From Candidatus Altimarinota bacterium (GTDB lineage Bacteria; Patescibacteriota; Gracilibacteria; UBA1369): a DNA stretch of 32,000 nt. This document shows, in pieces, positions 1 through 7,715 of this stretch (positions within the stretch are counted from its first letter, which is position 1; every line of letters begins with the position of its first letter). A program made the translations under genes and the position numbers. Under the pieces are notes generated by a model. That model saw only the letters and a program-made list of their open reading frames with translations, was not told where the DNA came from and ran no database searches. Location of the stretch: NCBI GenBank assembly GCA_041659405.1, contig JBAZYK010000003.1:127651-159650 (forward strand). Reading direction: 5' to 3'.

Positions 1-11
1 ACTCTTCAGCC

Positions 12-2261
12 ATGACCGGAACCGAACATGAATCCGAAGTTGAAGGCCCCCCCGAAAATCAAAGCTCTTCTAACCTGATCGCCCAAGTTTTAACACCGGA
101 AACTCTTGCCGATTTTTACGACAATGAAGGACCACTTTCCAAGATCATGGAAGAATACGAAACCCGTCCGCTCCAAAAACTGATGAGTGAAAAAATTCTT
201 GATGCTTTTCAAAAAAGTCATTCTGCTCTGATTGAAGCCGGAACCGGCACCGGGAAAACCGCCGCTTATCTTTTAAGCAGCGCCATCTGGAATCAATCTA
301 CGCAGCAAAAAATCGTTATTTCCACCTACACTCACAATCTGCAAAATCAAATTTTGGAAAAGGATTTGCCGCTGGTGGAAAAGGCGCTCCAACAAATCGA
401 TCCGAATTTAAAACTAAAAGTTGCCATTTTAAAAGGACGCAAAAATTATCTTTCCCTAAAACGGCTTGAGCAATTCATGAAAAAGGATTTTCTTGAAGAA
501 TCCGAAGTTATTTTTTTGATGAAGGTCATTTTGTGGATCACACGCGCCGATCAAGGCGCGAATCATGCCACCCAAAGCCAAAACACTGCACAATCTCATG
601 AAACTCAAACCACCAACCCCGCTCGGCCATTTACCGGCGACCTGACGGAATTAACCCTGCAAGGCCGGGAATTTATGCTCATCGACGAAATTTGTTGTAT
701 GGATCACGTTTGTCCGCATGACGACATGGCCTACAAATCAGGCTGCTATTTGATAAAAGCACGCGCAGCCGCGGAACAAGCCGATTTTATCATCATCAAT
801 CACGCCATACTCATTCAAAATGAAATCAGCGAATCGCCACTTTTGCCCGAATACAACTATTTAATTGTTGATGAGGCCCATCATCTGGAAAAAATCACCA
901 CCGACGCGTTGACCATAACGCTGACGCTTAACATGTTTTTGCGGCCTTTTCAGAAAATCGAAAAAATTCTGCATTTGATCAACGACCCAAAGCAAAATGG
1001 CGATAATCTTAGCCAGCTGAAAAACGAAATCAATCATTTAATGAATCGCGTTGAAATCTTTTTTGGCTTGATTGGGATCTTTTTGGAAAAAGAAATGGAT
1101 ATGTTTCAATTTCAATATGAACTGAATCTGACTTCTAACAGACTTAATTCCGCCGACTGGCTTAAGGTAATGGATTCCGCCAAATCGGTCACAAGTCTTG
1201 GCGCGGAAGTTCTGACCAAAATTAAAAATTATCTTAATACTTTAGAAGGTCAGGTAGAAATTCAAACAGAACTTCTTCCGGAAACGGAAAACTCCTCAAA
1301 CCTGCGCGGGTCCAAGAACTCCTTCAAAAACATGATCGCCGATTTTAAATCCGGCCTTTATGAAAGTGAAAAACGCATTATCGACCTGAAAAAAGTCCTG
1401 CTTTCTGAAACTAAGCACAATGACATCACCTGGATTTTTAAAAGCCCGGAAGAGAGTATTGGGCTTAAATGCGCGCCACTTTCCATTGGCGAAAATCTGC
1501 ACACCATGCTTTTTGGCAAAAAGAAAAGCATCATTTTGACTTCGGCCACACTGCGCACCAACGGCAATTTCAATTACATTCGCGGTCAACTTTCGCTTAA
1601 CAAGGATTTTCAGGAGCTCACACTCCCCTCTCATTTTTCCTATCCCGATCTGGTCAAAATTATTATTCCGGAAGATCTGCCAGAACCGGCTACAGAAGGC
1701 TATTTTTTAAGCTGCGCCAATTTGATTTACGAAATCATCAAAAAAAATGGTGGCCGGACTTTAGCGCTTTTCACTTCTAAAAAAGCCCTTGCCGCAACAT
1801 TTCATCAAATCGCCCCAAAATTAAAAGCCGATGGATTCACGCTGCTTGCCCAAAACATGACCGGCGGCCGCGGCAAAATTCTGGAACATTTTAAGGATGA
1901 ACCCGACAAATGCGCCATTTTGGGAACAGCCAGTTTTTGGGAAGGTGTGGATATTAAAGGCAGCGACCTGACTTGCGTAATCATGCAAAAACTTCCCTTT
2001 GATCCACCGGACGATCCGATCATTGCCGCAAGATCCAGAAAGTATGTAGACGCTTTTAACGACTACCAGGTACCACGTGCCATTTTGCGCTTTAAACAGG
2101 GCTTTGGCAGACTTATCCGCAGCAGCAAAGATACCGGCAGCATTGTAATTTTAGATACCCGCCTACTTCAAAAATCCTACGGCCACAAATTCCTGGAGTC
2201 ACTCCCGGAGGGCATCAAAATTCTCTACGGCACCAAAAACAACCTGGCGGATTTGCTGTAG
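12..2261 (+). CDS. DinG/XPD-type ATP-dependent DNA helicase
   Basis: 749-aa ORF with Walker A (EAGTGTGKTAAYLL), DEAH box (YLIVDEAHHLEK), SATL motif, TGDLTEL and IIINHAIL segments, and C-terminal QGFGRLIRSSKDTG motif VI-like sequence. Confidence 0.93.
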   Translation: MTGTEHESEVEGPPENQSSSNLIAQVLTPETLADFYDNEGPLSKIMEEYETRPLQKLMSEKILDAFQKSHSALIEAGTGTGKTAAYLLSSAIWNQSTQQKIVISTYTHNLQNQILEKDLPLVEKALQQIDPNLKLKVAILKGRKNYLSLKRLEQFMKKDFLEESEVIFLMKVILWITRADQGANHATQSQNTAQSHETQTTNPARPFTGDLTELTLQGREFMLIDEICCMDHVCPHDDMAYKSGCYLIKARAAAEQADFIIINHAILIQNEISESPLLPEYNYLIVDEAHHLEKITTDALTITLTLNMFLRPFQKIEKILHLINDPKQNGDNLSQLKNEINHLMNRVEIFFGLIGIFLEKEMDMFQFQYELNLTSNRLNSADWLKVMDSAKSVTSLGAEVLTKIKNYLNTLEGQVEIQTELLPETENSSNLRGSKNSFKNMIADFKSGLYESEKRIIDLKKVLLSETKHNDITWIFKSPEESIGLKCAPLSIGENLHTMLFGKKKSIILTSATLRTNGNFNYIRGQLSLNKDFQELTLPSHFSYPDLVKIIIPEDLPEPATEGYFLSCANLIYEIIKKNGGRTLALFTSKKALAATFHQIAPKLKADGFTLLAQNMTGGRGKILEHFKDEPDKCAILGTASFWEGVDIKGSDLTCVIMQKLPFDPPDDPIIAARSRKYVDAFNDYQVPRAILRFKQGFGRLIRSSKDTGSIVILDTRLLQKSYGHKFLESLPEGIKILYGTKNNLADLL

Positions 2262-2309
2262 CTTCACCCAGGATAGAAAGAGGCGCCTCGTACGTGATTG
2301 TCGATATTT

Positions 2310-3209
2310 TTAATTTGACTGACCTTTTGGAGGATGTAAAACAGAAATAGCTCCATATACTGCAACTATTTCATCGATTTCACTTGGCGATGAATCATCT
2401 ATGTTTTCACCTGCCGCTTTCGTAACAGCTTCTTTTTTCATCTCTTGGATTACCACTTCATACTTTTTCAAAACACAATCATTATTTGGATCAATTTGAA
2501 AACCATTTTCATAAGCTACTTTTGCCCTTGCCCATTCACCATACTTAAACAACAAATCACCATAAAAAAAGCATAGAGCGGAAGATTTTGGATTCATTTC
2601 AAGTGCCATTTTAATATGCTTAAAAGCATCCGGAAAATCTCCCATCATGTCAAAATATTGAGCAAGTTCAAAATAAATATAGGGATTATTGGGATCAAGC
2701 AGCAAAATTTGGTCAAAACATTCAACCAGGTTTTCAGTATCTCCTAATGTTTTATAAATATTGGCGAGTTTCAATAATGTATTTTTTCTTCCTTCCAAAG
2801 AAATAGCTTTCTCCAGAGCAAAAGTAAAAATATTAATAGCGCTTTCAAAATCTCCATCCTTCAAATATAAACCTCCCAAGCGCGCAAGACGAGGATAAGT
2901 AGGCTGCGCATCAATTAAATACGCCAAATTTGTAATTCGGGCTTCAATAAATTCCGGCACAACTTTTGCCACCATCCAAAAAACCTCCTCCAAAAGATCA
3001 GCCAAAACCGGACCACACTGCTCCAGCGCGGTATCAATGTCCATTCCTACCATTAAATCAAGATCATCCCTCTTTCTGCATAAAAACTTCATCAAAGCAG
3101 GATCATTTTCGGCTTTTGCCATTATGGTTCCTATAACATTAGGATCAACCACAAATTCCAAGTGGGAAATTTCATCCGGAGAAAAAGACTGATCAAGAAT
3201 CTGGCCCAT
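2310..3209 (-). CDS. Tetratricopeptide (TPR) repeat protein
   Basis: 299-aa ORF with TPR-like units (YLKDGDFESAINIFTFALEKAI, YKTLGDTENLVECFDQILLLDPNNPYIYFELAQYFDMMGDFPDAFKHIKMALEMNP, YGEWARAKVAYENGFQIDPNN). Confidence 0.8.
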   Translation of the reverse strand: MGQILDQSFSPDEISHLEFVVDPNVIGTIMAKAENDPALMKFLCRKRDDLDLMVGMDIDTALEQCGPVLADLLEEVFWMVAKVVPEFIEARITNLAYLIDAQPTYPRLARLGGLYLKDGDFESAINIFTFALEKAISLEGRKNTLLKLANIYKTLGDTENLVECFDQILLLDPNNPYIYFELAQYFDMMGDFPDAFKHIKMALEMNPKSSALCFFYGDLLFKYGEWARAKVAYENGFQIDPNNDCVLKKYEVVIQEMKKEAVTKAAGENIDDSSPSEIDEIVAVYGAISVLHPPKGQSN

Positions 3210-3350
3210 TTTAGATATTTAAAACTTACAGGAGTGCAATTATAAGCCGAAAGGCCATAAAGTCAAGCCACTGGAAGCCCTTTCAAGGCCCCTTTTCTTG
3301 CAAAACGCCCGTTTTAGCCTATAATTATCACGATTTTTTAACCTTAAAAT

Positions 3351-3917
3351 ATGTCTACAACCATTTGGATCATTTTAGGAATAGTTGTCCTAATAGTTAT
3401 CTTTGCAATCGGCATCTACAACGGTCTTATTCAGCTTAAAAACAAGGTGGACGAAGCCTGGGCTGACATCGAGACACAACTCAAACGTCGTTATGACCTT
3501 ATCCCAAACATCGTAGAAACTGTCAAAGGTTATGCCACTCACGAAAAAGGCACTTTGGAAGAAGTGACCAAAGCCCGCTCGGCAGCCATGGGCGCAGGAA
3601 CTATGGAAGATAAAGCTCAAGCGGAAAATATGCTTTCCGGAACCTTAAAATCACTCTTTGCACTTTCCGAAAACTATCCACAATTACAGGCAAACCAGAA
3701 CTTTTTGGATCTTCAACAAACTTTAAAACAAGTGGAAGAACAACTTCAACTTTCACGCCGTTATTACAACGCTACAGTTCGTGATTTCAACGTTAAAATT
3801 GAAGTTTTCCCAAACAACGTTTTTGCCGGTATGTTCAACTTTACCAAACGTTCATTCTTTGAAGTTGGATCTGAAACTGAACGCGAAAACGTAAAAGTTT
3901 CTTTTGATGCCAAATAA
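3351..3917 (+). CDS. LemA family protein
   Basis: 188 aa: N-terminal TM helix then NGLIQLKNKVDEAWADIETQLKRRYDLIPNIVETVKGYATHEKGTLEEVTKAR and LSRRYYNATVRDFNVKIEVFPNNVFAGMFNF, the LemA signature. Confidence 0.96.
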   Translation: MSTTIWIILGIVVLIVIFAIGIYNGLIQLKNKVDEAWADIETQLKRRYDLIPNIVETVKGYATHEKGTLEEVTKARSAAMGAGTMEDKAQAENMLSGTLKSLFALSENYPQLQANQNFLDLQQTLKQVEEQLQLSRRYYNATVRDFNVKIEVFPNNVFAGMFNFTKRSFFEVGSETERENVKVSFDAK

Positions 3918-5784
3918 GCCACTTTTGAACGAAGAACAAAAAGCGAAACTTACCAGGGCCGTCCGGGACGCCAAACAAAATACCTTCTTCAACGGAGGTA
4001 TTATTGCTTTTTTCCTGATAATTTTTGCCATCGGCTTTGTTACATTTGGCTGGCTGATGTACATGCAATGGCAATCCTCCAATACATCTACACAAAATAA
4101 CTGGAAAATCCCCGAATTCAAAGTAAACATGGATATTTACCAGGACGGCCGGACCTTTATTACCGAAAACATTCAAGCGGACTTCAGCCAAGAAAAGCAT
4201 CACGGCATTTTCCGCTACATTCCTCTTTATTATAATGACGATCAAAACCAGAAAATGGATCTGGGAATATATCTTCAAACCATTAGGGATGAAATAGGCA
4301 AAATCTGGACATACGACCAAAGTTATCTTCAGGATTCGATCTACTTAAAAATTGGCGATGCTAATGTTTATCTTAATTCGCTGGAAACTTATATTATAGA
4401 TTATCAGGTCAATCACGCCATTCGTTACTATAAGGATCACGATGAAATTTATTGGAACATCACCGGAAACGATTGGCCGGTAGCGATTGAACACACCGAA
4501 GCAAGCATTACCCTGCCAAAAGACCTGGCTGAAAAAGATTTAAAATTCACCTGTTTTACGGGGATAACCGGATCAAAAGACCAAAATTGCACACACAGTA
4601 TTGAAAAAGCCGAAGATGGCAGCCAAATTTTCACCTTTAAAGCTGATAACCTGAAAACTTTGGAAGGTTTAACTGTGGCAGTTGGCTTTCCTAAAGGTGT
4701 TATAAACGAAATCGCACCGGTTCCTTACCAAAGTGATTCATATTACCAGGGCTCTTCAAACGGAGACAATACACCAAATTGGACCATGATCTTCCTGGAA
4801 ATTTTTGTCCTGCCATTTTTGCTTTCCATTATTTACACAATTTTGTGGTTTAAAAATGGACGTGATCCCAAAGCAGATAAAACGGCCATCATGCCAATTT
4901 ATACGCCTCCGGCGGATTTAACCCCGGCAGAAATTGGTGCTTTGGTTAAAGATTATGTTGAAGAAAAAGACCTTTCCGCCACCATTGTGGATTTATGCGT
5001 GCGAGGTTATATGAAAATAAAAGAACTGGCCAACCACGATTTCCAGTTTATAAAATTAAAAGATTTTGCCAAAGATAATTCCTTGAAAGATTATGAAAGA
5101 GAGTTACTGCACAGCCTTTTTAAGGATTTCGATAAACGCAAGTTGAGCAGTTTAAAACAACATTTTTCTCAAAGTTTTGCGAAGATCAAAAAAATTATTT
5201 ATGAAAATTTAATTAAAAAAGGATTTTATGATTCTTCACCAGAAAAAATCATCGATAAATTCCAGGGATTGGGTATTGCCTTTATTTTCTTTGGAATATT
5301 TTTTATAGCTCCGGTCTCTTTGTGGATTAGCGGAAGCCTTATTTTGAGCGGAATTTTATCGGGCATTTTTGCTAAAATAATGCCACGCAAAACCAAAGCG
5401 GGAGTCAATATGCGTCAACAAATTTTGGGTCTGGAAGAATATATTAAAACTGCCGAAACCGATCGAATCAAATTTCAGGAAAAGGAAAATCTGTTCGAGA
5501 AACTGCTGCCCTATGCCATGGTTTTGGGCTTAACCGACAAGTGGACCAAAGCTTTTGCCGGCATTACCACTACCCCACCGGAGTGGTACGAAACCACAAG
5601 CTCCAGATCGATGGTCTTTTCCACGGACGTCTTCCTTTCGAATCTAAATGTAATGAGCACCAGCATCAGTGCAACCTTTTCAGCTCCGGCACCTTCCCAC
5701 GGCAGCGCCTTTGGAGGCGGTGGTGGCGGAGGCGGTGGATCTTCCGGCGGCGGAGGAGGCGGCGGTGGTGGTGGAGCGTGGTAA
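3907..5784 (+). CDS. DUF2207 family membrane protein with Gly-rich C-terminus
   Basis: DUF2207-like extracellular domain (HHGIFRYIPL...DEIYWNITGNDWPVAIEHTEASITLP...FPKG), TM helices, LFEKLLPYAMVLGLTDKWTKAF...PPEWY, poly-Gly tail ending GGGGGAW. The ORF track starts at a TTG at 3904; ATG is at 3907. It overlaps the lemA stop by 11 bp. Confidence 0.9.
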   Translation: MPNKPLLNEEQKAKLTRAVRDAKQNTFFNGGIIAFFLIIFAIGFVTFGWLMYMQWQSSNTSTQNNWKIPEFKVNMDIYQDGRTFITENIQADFSQEKHHGIFRYIPLYYNDDQNQKMDLGIYLQTIRDEIGKIWTYDQSYLQDSIYLKIGDANVYLNSLETYIIDYQVNHAIRYYKDHDEIYWNITGNDWPVAIEHTEASITLPKDLAEKDLKFTCFTGITGSKDQNCTHSIEKAEDGSQIFTFKADNLKTLEGLTVAVGFPKGVINEIAPVPYQSDSYYQGSSNGDNTPNWTMIFLEIFVLPFLLSIIYTILWFKNGRDPKADKTAIMPIYTPPADLTPAEIGALVKDYVEEKDLSATIVDLCVRGYMKIKELANHDFQFIKLKDFAKDNSLKDYERELLHSLFKDFDKRKLSSLKQHFSQSFAKIKKIIYENLIKKGFYDSSPEKIIDKFQGLGIAFIFFGIFFIAPVSLWISGSLILSGILSGIFAKIMPRKTKAGVNMRQQILGLEEYIKTAETDRIKFQEKENLFEKLLPYAMVLGLTDKWTKAFAGITTTPPEWYETTSSRSMVFSTDVFLSNLNVMSTSISATFSAPAPSHGSAFGGGGGGGGGSSGGGGGGGGGGAW

Positions 5785-5786
5785 CA

Positions 5787-5851
5787 GATCGCTGAAAGCG
5801 ATCCGCGCCCGCCCTAAAGCGGGCATAGCAAATAACTATCGCGCAGCGATA
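5787..5851. other. Cluster of three consecutive perfect hairpins between the DUF2207 genes
   Basis: GATCGCT-GAA-AGCGATC (5787-5803), GCCCGC-CCTAAA-GCGGGC (5807-5824), TATCGC-GCA-GCGATA (5837-5851). None is followed by a strong U tract. Confidence 0.6.
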
Positions 5852-5887
5852 CATTATCAAAAACGAAAATTCATTTAATACCCCCCC

Positions 5888-7711
5888 ATGAAACTCACAA
5901 AAAAAATTGCGGCAGGAATAATTCTGATACTTACAATAACCCTGATATCCGCATTACATATTGGAAGTACAAATATCACAAAAGCCCAAGATTCCACATC
6001 TTTTGATGATTTTTCTTCTGATGTTACCTCCCCGGATTCCACCAATGATTGGAGCATCACAAATTTTGATGCCGATATTCAGGTTCAAAAAGACGGCTCC
6101 GTGTTGGTCGATGAGACAATCACTACCGACTTTCCACCGGAAAGTGAACACCATGGCATTTTCCGCTTTATACCAATTAATTATAAAGACGATTTTGGCA
6201 ATAATGTCTCAATCAAGCTAAAAGTTTTAAGTATCCAAGATACCAAAGGCAACGAATGGCCTTATGAAACCTCTTATTCCGGACAAAATATTACGTTAAA
6301 AATCGGTGATCCGGACAAAATAATTCATGGACAAAATATTTACAAAATAACTTATCAGGTTGATCGCGCACTTTTGTTTTTAAAAGATCACGATGAACTT
6401 TATTGGAACATCACCGGTGATCAATGGGAAACAGACATCCAAAAAGCCAGTGCCACCATTACCGTTCCTGCGGAAATTCAACAAAAAGATTTAAAAGCGG
6501 ATTGTTATACCGGCGCTTACGGCTCAACCGACAAAAAATGCGACCTTAAAATTCAAGATAATACCACAACGGTAACTTCAACTACCGACTTTAAATATGG
6601 TGAAGGCCTTACAGTGGCCGTTGCTTTCCCAAAAGGAATTATTAAAGAGCCAACCGCCCAGGAAAAAATTACGTGGTTTTTAGCAGACAACTGGGGGTAT
6701 TTCTTGCCGGTAATTGCCTTTATCGCCCTCTTTTCCCTTTGGTTCACACGCGGTCGTGATCCTAAAGAAGGCGTAAAAACGACCATAATGCCTTATTATG
6801 AAGCTCCGGATAATTTAACCCCCAGTGAAATTGGAACCCTGGTCGATGAAAAAGCCGATATGCAAGATATTACCTCCACAATTATTGATATGGCCGTGCG
6901 GGGGTATCTTAAAATTATCGAAATCCAGGAGAAAAAAATAATTTTCAACAAAACCGATTACGAACTGGAATTACAACAAGAATTTGAAAACGACAACAAA
7001 GTCCAGGAGCACGAAAAAGCTGTTCTAAGAGCCATTTTTGATGCTTCAAACAACTCAAAAGGAGCAAAAGTTAAACTCTCTACACTCGCCAATAAATTTT
7101 ACATGTTTATCCCGGGTATCAAAAAAAATATTTATGAATTAACGGTATCTAAAGGTTATTTCCCGGTAAATCCGGACAACGTTCGCAAAATATATTTAGG
7201 TGTTGGTATCGGTTTAATTGTTTTGGGATTTTTCAGTTTTATGTATTTCTCGAATGGCGGTTCTGTTTCAGTCCCCATTGGACTTGTTTTAAGTGGGTTG
7301 ATCATCATAATTTTTTCCAATTTCATGCCGATCAAAACCAAAAAAGGAGTTGAGATCTATTACAAAATAAAAGGCCTGAAAGAGTTCATCAATACTGCCG
7401 AAGCCGATCGCCTTAAATTCCAGGAAAAAGAAAATCTGTTCGAAAAACTGCTTCCTTATGCCATGGCCCTTGGAATTGCCGAAAAATGGTCCAAAGCTTT
7501 TGAAGGAATCTATAAAAATCCCCCAAGCTGGTATCAAAGCAGCAATCCAAACTTCATGAACAATTTTTCCACTTATTATTTTGTTCATAGCCTGAATTCG
7601 TTTTCCAACACAATGCAACAAACCCTGGCCTCCACTCCAAAATCATCCGGCGGAATTGGCGGAGGCTTTTCCGGTGGCGGCTTTGGCGGCGGCGGCGGCG
7701 GCGCGTGGTAG
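5888..7711 (+). CDS. DUF2207 family membrane protein, second tandem paralog
   Basis: 607 aa: signal peptide, HHGIFRFIPINY...DELYWNITGDQWETDIQKASATITVP, LFEKLLPYAMALGIAEKWSKAFEGI...PPSWY, tail GGFSGGGFGGGGGGAW. Confidence 0.9.
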   Translation: MKLTKKIAAGIILILTITLISALHIGSTNITKAQDSTSFDDFSSDVTSPDSTNDWSITNFDADIQVQKDGSVLVDETITTDFPPESEHHGIFRFIPINYKDDFGNNVSIKLKVLSIQDTKGNEWPYETSYSGQNITLKIGDPDKIIHGQNIYKITYQVDRALLFLKDHDELYWNITGDQWETDIQKASATITVPAEIQQKDLKADCYTGAYGSTDKKCDLKIQDNTTTVTSTTDFKYGEGLTVAVAFPKGIIKEPTAQEKITWFLADNWGYFLPVIAFIALFSLWFTRGRDPKEGVKTTIMPYYEAPDNLTPSEIGTLVDEKADMQDITSTIIDMAVRGYLKIIEIQEKKIIFNKTDYELELQQEFENDNKVQEHEKAVLRAIFDASNNSKGAKVKLSTLANKFYMFIPGIKKNIYELTVSKGYFPVNPDNVRKIYLGVGIGLIVLGFFSFMYFSNGGSVSVPIGLVLSGLIIIIFSNFMPIKTKKGVEIYYKIKGLKEFINTAEADRLKFQEKENLFEKLLPYAMALGIAEKWSKAFEGIYKNPPSWYQSSNPNFMNNFSTYYFVHSLNSFSNTMQQTLASTPKSSGGIGGGFSGGGFGGGGGGAW

Positions 7712-7715
7712 AGGC

